A stretch of 64,000 bases of DNA from positions 27,032,001 to 27,096,000 of the forward strand of contig OZ004607.1 in the NCBI GenBank assembly GCA_963924565.1, read 5' to 3'. This document shows, piece after piece, positions 51,701 through 61,710 of the stretch. Origin of the DNA: Ascidiella aspersa (Eukaryota). The position numbers and the translations under genes were made by a program. Within the stretch, counting starts at the first letter, position 1. Each line of letters starts with the position of its first letter. Below the pieces are notes generated by a model. It was not told the origin of the DNA, ran no database searches, and worked only from the letters and a program-made list of their open reading frames with translations.

Positions 51701-54700
51701 AAACAGTTAAAAATCTCCTAATGCTGAAAGAACCAATGCGCGAAATCTATTTTCCTGTTTATTCGTCGCTTTAAGCTTCACGCTGAAACATGCCATGCAG
51801 ACTAACTCCGCCTTTATCTTTATTTCAAGATCGCCAGGATGGGAACATTTGCACTCATTCGCCGAACAAATGCAGACGGCGGCGGAGTGCGACCTTGACG
51901 AGAAAAAGGAAACCGGAGAACCGCTTGGTACGAGCGAGTTTGCAAGAGAGCAGGGATATTACCAGGTGGGATACGATTTTAAAGCTGACCGCTTTAATCA
52001 GAACACCAGTAAATCACGCCTTCTATATTTTCAATTTTAAATGTAAATAATAAGCAAGGGACCTTCGCTTTGCTTGTTTTTCACCTTTTTTATTCTTACT
52101 TTGACCTGATAAAGCTCGGTTGTGCGAAAGCTCGTCAATTCCATACAATTTGTCGACAGTGCCACTTATTTTCTATTTTTGAATAAGACAATACGGCTAT
52201 CAACCAAGATTAATTAAACTAGCATCGTAATAGCTAATGTTTTACACAAGAAATTAAAATTTTAAGCTTTTGCTAGTCCTCTTTGTTTCAACTTTTCACT
52301 GTTGTAAATCCAAGCAATAAAACACAAATCATTTATTCCAATAAAAACACTAACTCAGCAGTCGTCCAGACCCTTGGCCCTAAAATAGTTCGCCTTTTTT
52401 CTCAGGACCAAATTAACTTGAGATCCAGGATAACTCGTGCGGATGAGGATGACTTCGCGGCCGAGAGTGGTAAAACACTAGTGAAGAAAAATACGAAAGA
52501 CGAGAGGTTGTGGACAATTAAAGGCGATTCGCAGGGTGTGCTAACTGTTGCATTTTTCAGAAATACTCTGCCGTTACTTAATCGTGAAACCGTAATCTAA
52601 AGGTTTTTTTTCAAAATGAACTTTAATTCATAAATAGATTAAACGATACACCGAAAGCAATTGCAGACTTACCGAATCTGTTGATCTATGATGCAAGCAG
52701 GGAAGGCTAGAAAAACTACTCGTTCCTTTTTGAGCCTGTATAGCTCAGTTGGTAGAGCGACGGTCCCAGCTTGACCGGAGGTCGTAAGTTCAAACCTCAA
52801 TGCAGGCTAGTTGTTTTTCTTGCCTGCCCTGCTTGCATCATAGATCAACAGATTCAGTGTGTCTGCGATGGCTTTCGGTGTACTAATTATACGTAAGCCG
52901 TAATCGTTGGTCAAAAAGCAGCTTCAAGGCTAGATCTCAGTTGTTAACACACTGTGTGTGCAACTGTGCAGTGTGCATGTTTCATAAATAGATTAAACAA
53001 TGTTATTTTCTTACGCATTTTCTGATCGAAGATGATGAAGACGGTGACCTACAGCTGGCCAGCTTGCAGCCCCGCGCTTACAAGCACGGACTCGCCAATG
53101 GATCGTCGGTATCGCAGAAACTCGCTTGCAAGGCAAGGTTTAAGGTCGGACAGATTTTATCTTTCTATGTAAAAACGAAATTATCAACTTTGATTGCAGT
53201 CATATAATTGTCGTCTTGTAATTTACCAATTATTTCACCACAACTTTTGTCCCCCAACCTAAATCTCCTTATGGTTAAGTGAAAAACGGACTACCTAAAA
53301 ATTGCAACCAAAAGCGCTGCCTATATTAATAATCATTTGTATTCTCTTTCAATTAAAGATTTAATATAAATTGCGTATTCGAGCTATTTCTAACTATGCA
53401 ACTTAACGATGGCCCTGATTCGTTTTGCAACAATGTAACTCGTACTTTTCAAATGATCATTTACTTTGTAAAACGCGTATTTATTTATGTTTTGTAAATT
53501 TAGACCAATGGCGGCTCAACGCCAAGTCGTATGGGCAAGGTGTTTGCGTGGAAGTCATCAAATTGTGAGCGACCCGCGTCCAACGCTACAAGCTTCACCT
53601 TCGATCAGCCGCCACTAAATGACCCTCACAGATCTAGACCACCAAAGAACAATTGCGAACCTGTAGAAAAATCTTACGGCCAAGTCGACAGGAGATACGC
53701 CCAAGGCATCCAGCGATCGCAAGGCGAAGGCGTGTTTTCAGCCCGTAAAACCGAATCTCGTAGTCAGTGTGGAGCGAAAGATGCAAGCTATAATCGAGGG
53801 TCGAATTTAGCCTCTTCAGCCATTCGCGAATTTTCCTCCGAAGTTACGGGTTCAGTAGTACGCAAAATGACTAGCACAGGACAGGGTATTAGCTCAAGCA
53901 AACCTGTGGCCGTTGAAAACAGGCAAAGTGTATTGTGCTCGAACGACGAAGGTGATTCGGTTGGCGAGGGATTGCAAAGCAGACGAGGTTTGTTTGCCAT
54001 CCAAAGGCATACAGGTGCAGTCGCAGAGCAGAGGCATCAGCTATCGCGACGGTTAGGTTCTCAGGTCAGCTCTATTTCCAACACTTCATCGTTTGGTCAG
54101 GCTCTGTCGTGTAATGCGAGTGCGCGCGGCGTAAGCTTCGCTAAGCAGCAGCAACAACAAACAGACACATACGGGCAGGTTTATCAAGCAAACGCTCCAC
54201 CTAGGAGCCAGTCAGTTGTGGCAGGAAGCATTTGCAACAGCTCATTTGGAGAAAACCCAGCGAAAAACTCACCTGGATTGGTATTCAGCGACCGCAGGAG
54301 TTCTACGAAAGCGAAGTCCCCCTGGTTTAAAACTGCAAGGAACAACTCTTGGGTTTCAACGCCGGCTTCTACAGAAGTTTCAGACAGATTGCCAGCCCAG
54401 GGCCTTTCGATGCTTGATCATTTGTGGGACAAGAGTAACACGTCTGCTTTTGAGGATGGAGACGGAAAGTTGTCGCCTTTTGATGGTAATAGCAGCTGAT
54501 ATATCTTCTTAAGTGAGTTGTTTAAGTTTTTTATTTGGAAAACTCCGTGACGACATTTCACTAACATTATTGCGTTAGATAAGCGTTTTACTTAGAACCA
54601 CGAAACAAACAGTCTTAAGTGATTTGTATAATACCAAATTTAAGTACCAATATACTGTTTCTACCAAATAAAAAAACCTGCTGCATTGAGACATTAATGA

Positions 54701-56091
54701 AACCTCTAAGAACTTGCCTTCACGCAATTTTTCTTTAAATTACACTTATTTACGGTCAATAGGTCCAAATAACGGTCGAGAGCAATTGGAAAATTCAGAC
54801 TTCCAGCCCGACATTAGTGAAGCGTCACTCGACACGTCGGATGAGCGCAACGTATCGATACGCTGCGACTTTGCCCTTTACGACGAAGAGTCGGATGATG
54901 ACGCTTTACTAATGGAGGCTTGCAGAACCGCAGAGAACAAGTCACACGAAGGGACGGTGCAGGTTATATGCGGGGGCTTCCTCTTTTTTATGTTATTTCC
55001 TGGTTTCCCTTTTTCTTTCAACGCATAGGTGTCGAACGGCATTCCTGGGTTGTAGTACTGTAAAAGTGTTTTTCAAGCTTGGACAAAAGCTAATGCGAGG
55101 TTTTTATTGGACGCAAAGCATTGCTGCTTTGTCTATTAAATGTTAAAATATATATCATTTTTAGCCAGAGAAAGGGTAACATATTTAAAAAAGTTAAAAA
55201 AAAACACCTTGAAATAGGGTATTGGGTAATGGCGGGTAAATGTTTTCCTGACAAATTTGTTAAAGGTAAAATATCGCAATATTAAAATGCCAAATGTATT
55301 GCAGGAGTTTTTATCATTAAAAGTTTTTGTAGATTTGACAGATGTAGTTTAGTTATTGATGTATTGTAGAAAAGCAAAACAAAAAAAGGTTAGCGTAATT
55401 AATTCTTTGTGCGATCAAAATTTGAAATCCGCGCTTGAAGGCAGATCACTGTATTGCGTTACTGCTTTTAATTTAGTACAAGTTATACACATGTATTCTA
55501 AAACAGCCTATAATTATCGTTAAGAGGTCATAATGGTTTATTTGTAATGCTTTGAACAAGGTAATGGAAATGTCGGAGGAACTTGATGCGATGCCCAGTC
55601 TTCCAACAGTCAGCGATTCTTGTGTTCACGTCATGAATCGGGAGAATGTGAAAGTAGATCCGCTAGCTGGAGCTCTCACCAAGGTTCCTGGCGGATTCCA
55701 CAAGTAGGCCTTGCAAGACTTCTACGTTTTCTAACTTTGCTTTGCATATGTTTATTACATATATTTGTCACTTAAAATTCCCCTTTACTTATTACAAAAT
55801 TGTTAAACTTCATTATATATATTCCCCTCTTTTAAAGACAAGACCAAGTTGTTTTGTTTTTCTTAGTTCTACTTAGACCCCTGTTTTTGAGATTTTCCAT
55901 AGAATTTAACTGAAATAAGTTATTATTTTATAACAGCCGTCAGCTTATAGTATTTATAATCCAGTTTTGTATTCTGTAGGTATCCCGAGTTTCCTCTCAA
56001 ACCGACGTCAACTGACAAGAACGCGAAACAGGTCAAAGAAATGGCGGAAGCAAAGCGTATGTTCGACGCTCTGTTCGATAATTTGTTTTAA
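24760..56091 (+). CDS. HFM1: Meiotic DExH-box DNA helicase HFM1/MER3 (Ski2-like helicase, Sec63 domain, C-terminal Zn finger)
   Basis: 32 phase-consistent exons: 24760-24892, 26914-26956, 27156-27709, 28061-28119, 28374-28536 (APTGSGKT), 28607-28758, 28891-29013 (LIDEVH), 29385-29530 (VSAT), 29796-29949, 30348-30472 (FCSTRK), 30948-31057 (YHHAGL), 31837-31982 ([21 protein letters not shown]), 32413-32516, 33377-33501, 34750-34970, 36809-36915, 37390-37512, 38119-38241, 39545-39743, 47682-47799, 48231-48380, 49278-49404, 50285-50358 ([19 protein letters not shown]), 50425-50468, 50888-51006, 51830-51965, 52406-52535, 53032-53144, 53504-54485, 54763-54962, 55561-55703, 55980-56091 (ends FDALFDNLF*). 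The first two and last few exons are less certain. Confidence 0.93.
24923..26788 (-). mobile_element. Decayed Chapaev3-like (CMC) DNA transposon in HFM1 intron 1
   Basis: Termini CACTGGTC...GACCAGTG with long imperfect subterminal inverted repeats and a 3-bp TSD TAA. Minus-strand broken transposase motifs, e.g. [35 protein letters not shown]. Confidence 0.75.
27710..28060 (+). other. U12-type (minor spliceosome) GT-AG intron in HFM1
   Basis: 5' splice site GTATCCTTTT; TTTTTAAC branch-like motif ~14 nt before the AG; splicing joins ...DEI|PSKFQPIF in frame. Confidence 0.8.
31501..31806. mobile_element. hAT (Charlie-like) MITE
   Basis: CAGTGGTTCTCAACC ... GGTGCGAAAACACTG; perfect TSD ATTTAACC; ends 30 nt upstream of an HFM1 acceptor. 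Confidence 0.88.
35062..35495. repeat. Dispersed repeat, copy B (inverted relative to 21020-21715)
   Basis: Starts CAGGGGCGTAGC; shares TTAGGGAATT and TACGGTCGACCAAAC segments with copy A. Confidence 0.7.
38699..39131. mobile_element. hAT MITE nested within an older MITE (~38580-39316)
   Basis: CAGGGGTGGCCAAC ... GTTGGCCACCCCGG; TSD CTATATGG (38691-38698, 39132-39139). Outer CAGTGGTT...GAGAACCA remnants. Confidence 0.85.
41897..42134 (-). pseudogene. Decayed duplicate of the FPGS terminal exon
   Basis: Translates as ...[22 protein letters not shown]...[20 protein letters not shown], aligning with [23 protein letters not shown]...[20 protein letters not shown]. In-frame TAG and a disrupted TGS motif. 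Confidence 0.8.
42699..45858 (-). CDS. FPGS: Folylpolyglutamate synthase-like, two exons (45858-44547, 42919-42699), ~510 aa, nested antisense in HFM1 intron 19
   Basis: Motifs [59 protein letters not shown]-terminal [12 protein letters not shown] is in exon 2, joined in phase 1 (G|GTTGGT ... TGCAG|AA). Arg/Leu-rich, acid-free N-terminus resembles a mitochondrial presequence. Confidence 0.9.
43362..44334. mobile_element. hAT (Charlie-like) non-autonomous element in the FPGS intron
   Basis: CAGTGGTTCTCAACC ... GGTTGAGAAACCCTG; TSD TCTTAGAC/TCTTAGAT. Confidence 0.88.
44413..44450 (+). ncRNA. Minimal type I hammerhead ribozyme motif (Penelope/retrozyme-like), copy 1
   Basis: TTGAC-CTGATGA-A-GCAC(GGTT)GTGC-GAA-AGCT-T-GTCGA: intact CUGAUGA and GAAA cores, 4-bp stem II, palindromic AGCT in place of stem III, stem I TTGAC/GTCGA. 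Confidence 0.7.
47177..47408. repeat. 50-bp minisatellite
   Basis: Unit GTAAATGAGAAAGAGACAGGATCTACAAAGAAAAGATGTACATCATTTGT at 47241 and 47291, plus degenerate flanking copies. Confidence 0.85.
48579..49057. mobile_element. hAT (Charlie-like) MITE
   Basis: CAGTGGTTTTTAACC ... GGTTAAGAACCGCTG; perfect TSD AATTAGAC. Confidence 0.9.
51019..51381. mobile_element. hAT (Ac-like TAG-ended) MITE
   Basis: TAGGTATGTCCGATA ... TATCGGACATCTCTA; internal TATCGG repeats; imperfect TSD GACCTCAG/AACCTGAG. Confidence 0.75.
52101..52138 (+). ncRNA. Minimal hammerhead ribozyme motif, copy 2 (core-mutated)
   Basis: TTGAC-CTGATAA-A-GCTC(GGTT)GTGC-GAA-AGCT-C-GTCAA. Same family as 44413-44450, with shared downstream ATACAATTTGTC..ACAGTGCCAC. 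G8A core change. Confidence 0.6.
52645..52980 (+). mobile_element. tRNA-derived SINE-like element with the tRNA head enclosed in a 74-bp inverted repeat
   Basis: 18-bp TSD TTCATAAATAGATTAAAC (52627-52644, 52981-52998). Inverted arms at 52647-52720 and 52809-52882; tRNA-like core at 52734-52808; TGTGCA-like 3' tail. Confidence 0.8.
52734..52808 (+). ncRNA. tRNA-like Pol III cassette (not a canonical tRNA)
   Basis: Acceptor GCCTGTA/TGCAGGC; D arm GCTC-AGTTGGTA-GAGC (A box); CGGTC-CCAGCTT-GACCG arm; AGTTCAAACC B box. Non-canonical anticodon loop and an imperfect T stem. Confidence 0.7.
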
Positions 56092-57236
56092 AACAGTTGA
56101 CTGCTTTGTGTAGAAATGATTAATTATCGGCAAACCGGGCGCATGTACAGAGATTCTGAAGTTTATTGTTTTTTCTTGTTTTCCACATGTTGCAAAAAGT
56201 TTTCTTAATTAAATGCAACTTTTGTTTCGGTGTTGTTTTCTGTATTCTGTTCTGTGGTAAAAAATCTGTTGCTCTTTTGCAGAGTTTAGCAAACGACAAC
56301 GTTGCCAACAAATTGTTTTATAAACTTACTTATGTGGCACAATGTGAATTTTTTTTTTTCTGTTTGTTTTTTATCGTTTCGTTTTTTGTTAATGAAATTG
56401 TTGTTTTAGGTTTCAATGAAATATTTTTCGTATAAATACAAAGTGTTGTATAAATACAAAGAAGTTGTAGAATGTTACCATATTGCTGTTTTAGAAAGCC
56501 TGCAAATTATTATTTCTTTAATACACGTATATACAGTATCGTTAAGACAGACGACAAGAAGTCTAACGTAGTTGTGGGAATTTCAATTTGAAGCTCTCGC
56601 AAAGAGGGCTTGCTAGAAAAACAATTTTTTTTTTTTTTTTGACTCCAGAAGTGCTTTATAATAGAATACACATTACACATTGTGTAGATGTATGTGTAAT
56701 TGTGTATACAGTTTAAGATCTTGTAAACAACGTTTAGGTTTAGGTGTTTACGGCCTGGGGATGCGTTTTACTTGGTTTTCCATGCGTTTTGAAAACATCT
56801 AAATAAATTTATATATTATATATTTCACACCAGATATTTATCAACTTGTCAAATATATTAGCACTGGATTTTTTAAAATTTTTGTGTTCTATATCTTCTC
56901 ATTTTCTCCACTGTATGCTCCTGGAGATTTCTGCAAGGAATGAATCAACTTTTGCCACCGATTGCTTTATTGACGTGTCATTGGATAAATTCAATCTCAT
57001 TTCATCTCAATAGTACCAAATGCTTTGAATATACCAATACTAACACAAGGCACCATTGGAGTGTGCGAGACTGTCGACTGCAAGGCATTCGCGAAACGTT
57101 CGTGATCGCAATTTTAATCGCAAAAAGAGGGATGCGAGAAAAGCTAAAAGGATAGAAATGGGCGGCAATTTGCAAATGCTAATAAGGGATGGGTGCAAAA
57201 CTGTACACAACGATTCGGAAAAGCTGGCGGCGGGTT

Positions 57237-60200
57237 TCACTTGAAGGAGGCCGCTACATTTCCGACGCCTCCGTGTCCGACGATCTTCACTTTGCCGGTG
57301 CCGGCTCGCTTCGACTTGGTGAACTTGCCCATGTACTCGTTCACGCGCTGACGAAGCTGGTTAATCTGCGGCCGACAAATGTAAATGTAAGCTTTTAAGC
57401 GCACTTATGCAAAACTTCAGTAGAATTACTATGTAACGATTTAAAAAGTAAGTAAACCAGGCTAGATTCTATTGTTGCTTGTTTGTTCAAGAGCTGCGGA
57501 GTCGGTTGAAAATAACCCTAGTCCGACTCCAGCTAAGAAAATAAACCCGATTCCGACTCCGCCCTGGTTTGTTGTTGTATTTTGTAAATGTGTAGCTGCT
57601 TAGCAAATTTAAATTTTTGTATAGTGTGCCGTACAATAGGGTGAAAGACTTACGTCATATTTTTGCCGGTTGATTCTCTGCTCGAAGTCATACTTCTCAT
57701 CCTCGAGGACGTACAGCCAGTCCCAAAGCTCAGTCGCCTTCTCGCGAAGCCTTTGAAACAAGCAAAGTTTAGTTGTGCTAAAATTGTGTTTGGACTTCCA
57801 TAGAATTTTCCATCCATGTAATAATTATGCTTACTTGTCAATTCCGAGATGGTCAATGTTGAGGGGCTTACGGCGATCGGCCAAGATCTTGCGCTTCTTT
57901 TCGCGGTCGGTCTGGCGCTTATTCGGCTTGTTCTTCTCGGCCTAATGTAGACAATAACAGAAACAATGTAACTTGTCCTGGTTGCCAACTAAACAGCTTG
58001 TTCCCAAACGTCACACGAATAGTAACTTACACGTGCGAGGTATCCTCCGTAGTGAAGCGACATGTTGGCGATCGCAGCCTTCTTTCTTGCTTCCTCATCC
58101 AAGCGCTTCACTTCTTCCTCCTCTTCTTTCCTCTTGCGCTCTTCCTGAAATTCATAAAAGAACAATTTTGACCAACACGAGCAGACCTTTGTCGTTAAGC
58201 TTAATTTTTATGTACATTTAGAACTACAAAGTGTTTTTCAAATGGACTGCAAGCAATGTTAACTTTTAAATTTTACTAAACTAAACCAGCAAAGCCAACT
58301 AAAAACATATTTTGTAATTTTTAAACAACAACTTAAATGTTATGCGGGTGGGCTTGCTCGATTTTAAAAGTTAGATAAATAGGCTTTAAAGTTGACCAAC
58401 CAAAACCGACAGCTATTGTCAAATCTCACATTCATGTTCATTATATAGGTCATCATAATTTTAGTTATTTCAAAATATTATTAGACTTTTAACAGCCGAA
58501 TTATATAAAATTCAAATTCAAAGTCCAACTCAAAGTTGTGCTCACCCTCTCCTGGGCCATTCTCTGCTTTTCGCGTTCCTGACGCTCGCGGGCCTGCTCG
58601 GACCTCTCGGCCTTGCGCTTGTCGATGCGGATCTTGAGCGCGGCCAGTTCCTCCTCGTCCTTCTTGCGCTGCTCGAAGTGCGCGTTGATAAGTCCCTGCA
58701 GCTCGCTGAGGTCCTTCTCCATACGCTTGCGGTGGATGTCCTCCAGGTCGATCAGCTCGCCATCGGGGATCTTTGGCGGCGTGATACGCGGCACCGAAAG
58801 TCTTCAAAAGGAAAGATTTTTTATTATGGTTGTAGGCCTACTGGAGGAGCTGCTTTGCTACACATCCTTTACGCCAGAGGTTCTTAAACGGGGTCCATGA
58901 ACCCCTTGGGGGTATTTGAACTAGTTTTAGGGGGTCTACATGGCCTAATTGAAATGTTAGTGTATAGGTAAAAAGTAGCCTAATCAACTTTTTAAAGAAA
59001 AGGCTTTAATCGAAAATAAAACTTTTTTGCACTGAATGTTTTTAGACTCTTTTGACCGACAACAGCAGACTTATGAAGTTTATTTGTATTGTGACGTAAA
59101 TTTATGACGCCATCTCTTAAAATTTCTTGCCTACACTGTTCCATGCGAAGCAAAAATTTTTTCAAGGGGCCCGCCGTAAAAAATGTTTAAGAATCCCTGC
59201 TTTACGCGAAATAAATGTGATTGAAAACGTTATATACGTGGAACTTTTGTACCAACTAGGATTTCAGGCTGTGCACTTTAGTGAAACGTGATCGTTTTTC
59301 AGCAGCAACCTTTGCGATACAAAAACAACAAATAATAATTTTGCACTTACTTGGGTGCTTGTGGTGTTTCCGGCTTGAGCTGCACGATAAATAAGACAAT
59401 AAGAGCGTATAAAAATAAGCAAAGTGGCTTAATAAACGCCTATGATGTCTCAATAATTAGAAGAGGCGAATGTTTTAACTTGACCCAATTTTCTACTTCC
59501 TCTTCCCCCTTTTATCCCTTAAGATACTTGGTTAAAATGGTGTAGTGTGTTCTACAGTCCCGATAAAAGGGGTATTCGCTTAACCCTTGCGGCCCCATGA
59601 CGCGTTTGATCGCAAGCTGAGATTATACTACCTCCTCTTGTTGGGTTTCCGGTTCGGGTTCATGCTCGGGTTCCGGTGTTTCTTCCACCTCTTCTTCTTC
59701 TTCAACTTCTTCGACCTCTTCCTGGGTTTGTTCGATCTCCTCCTGACGTCATCAATTCAGCGGCGGACGATGACGCATTAGCGGGTGACGAAACAAAGGT
59801 GAAGAAAGCGTGTGGTTAGCCAGCAGTTACATGCGTGCTTGGTCAATAAACTATAACGTATTTACAGTGAAGCAGAAAGCATGCACGAATGATGACCTTG
59901 CACATAATAGTTCAACAAATATGCGCTATGTTATATCAGACACTACAGCTTTTGTGGAAAATCTAAAAATATTCCTATTGCTGTGGTTTACTAGTTTAGA
60001 CTATGTACAATTTTTAATATTTGTTTTTGCCTAATGTTTGATTTTATAAATTGAACGCAGTCTGCAAAAAATATTTACTTGTATCTTATCTGATGTTGCA
60101 ATAAAGGTTTTCATATTACAGAAAAACAACATGACTACCTTTTTATTTACTCTCTCTATATGTATATACTATTTTCTAGCGCCATATTTAAACTGAATCT

Positions 60201-61352
60201 TGGCAAAAGCTACTGAAGAAATAGTCTACTTCTAATTCTGATAATTTATAATTCTAGACAAACAATGTCCAATTAGGTCATTCATTTTTAAATCGGACTA
60301 CATATTGGAGTAATGTGAAATCATTTTCGCCATTGATTTACCAATAAATGAGCAGCGCCATATTCTCCAGATTGACCTATTTAGTTCTGCATTCTTTTTA
60401 CTTGCCTTTAAAAGTCATCCTCTACACTTGACATTGACTCAATCGTAATACTGTCATAACTTATAGTATAGGAAATTTTCCTGGTTTAAACATGATAAAG
60501 ATGTTCGTAAATCGCCTGACTAACGCACTTGGAACGATTCGCGTTTAACTTCCCCCGTTTCCTCCTCCTCCTCTGACACTTCCTCCTCGCTTTCCTCTTC
60601 TTCGCTAGTTTCCTCCTATTACCCCGCAACCCCGAGTCCAGTCATGCGCAAACGTGCGTGGTTTGAAATTAATTCATTGTGACGTATAAGTTATATGCAA
60701 AGTGAGGTGGGTCGTACGTGAAGGAAAGAAAGATGAAGATAACGTTAGATGGGTTACTTTATGTAGGCTTAAATTTAATTCAACGACGTTACGTAAATGC
60801 ATGTTAAATGGAGATGTAGGCGGGTTAAAATGACGGCCGCGTTTTAACCCAGGAATCCCTTGAGCATTCCTACGAATGTACATCCCACATGACCAGTTTA
60901 GAAAATAACTGACATTTTCCCATGTGTATGTCCAAAGTGATCTGGTCTTATCATATTAGATAGACTAATGGCGTATTGAGTATAGGTGCCGAAAACAAAA
61001 TCGGTCTTGACTCCAATTTGTTTCCCATATACAGTAGATTGTTTATCAGTCACTTTAAATCAAAAAGATTTAAGCGACAAATGATTTGGTTTTGTTTACC
61101 TGTTCTTCAGTGTGTTCTTTATTTTGAACCTTAACCGTTTTACAAATCGTTAAAGCCTGGGTACATTTCGTAGTGGTCTATACGACTATGGATTATACTC
61201 TTTTACCAAATTAAAAACTAAAAGAAAACATATTTAATTCTTATATTAAAACTATTATGCTGCTTAATTGTTTTAAGCTTTGGGTATACATGTTATTAGC
61301 ATAGTACGTAGTAGGCATTTACCTCGCTTGAGTAATCTTCTGAGTCCGACAT
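57237..61352 (-). CDS. TNNT: Troponin T, ~319 aa
   Basis: Exons 61352-61323 ([10 protein letters not shown]), 60615-60529, 59742-59632, 59379-59351, 58801-58546 ([45 protein letters not shown]), 58144-58031, 57941-57835 ([23 protein letters not shown]), 57750-57654 ([11 protein letters not shown]), 57365-57237. All phase-consistent. Confidence 0.95.
57489..57566. mobile_element. Tiny hAT-type MITE remnant in a troponin T intron
   Basis: AAGAGCTGCGGAGTCGG ... CCGACTCCGCCCTG; near-TSD GTTTGTTC/GTTTGTTG. Confidence 0.6.
58875..59199. mobile_element. hAT (Charlie-like) MITE
   Basis: CAGAGGTTCTTAAAC ... GTTTAAGAATCCCTG; perfect TSD CTTTACGC. Confidence 0.88.
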
Positions 61353-61529
61353 GTTTGCAGTAGTCCAACGAGGCGTCAAATATACAGTAAATACAAAAGT
61401 ATTATATGATCCCTGGTAAAGTTATAAAGTAAGTAATAACTCGTTTGTGTGTTCTATAAGATGATTTGACGCAAGTTTAAAGTCAACAGTTTCCGTGCAA
61501 CAATCAATGCATTGTTTTTGCCCTGAACT

Positions 61530-61710
61530 AAACTGAACGTCACCGTCTCAGTACAACCAGTAACTTATTGCGCAACTGATATATAAAGTTAGCGACGGCG
61601 CGTCGCAGCGCCATTCGCACTCGACTTTATCGACAGGCGGCGTCTGTAATTTCTCAATGCTTGCGTGACATCACAGCTCGACAGCTGTTCGGGGCAGCAG
61701 TGGTTCGAAG
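61530..61710 (-). promoter_or_regulatory. Putative troponin T proximal promoter / muscle cis-module
   Basis: TATATA-like box on the minus strand at ~61579-61586; E-box CAGCTG at 61682-61687; TGACATCA CRE-like site nearby; acceptor TTACCAG at 61413 upstream of the ATG exon. Confidence 0.4.

Noticed and set aside
52734-52808. Functional tRNA-Ala(AGC)
   Set aside because: Anticodon loop CC-AGC-TT lacks U33 and purine 37, the arm has extra bases, the T stem is mismatched, and it is embedded in a TSD-flanked element.
53531-54499. 322-aa ORF as a stand-alone gene
   Set aside because: It has in-phase splice sites on both sides and is the large low-complexity exon 29 of HFM1.
56625-56665. Poly(A) remnant of a retrocopy
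   Set aside because: No TSD or associated element; it is a simple T-tract between the convergent HFM1 and troponin T 3' ends.
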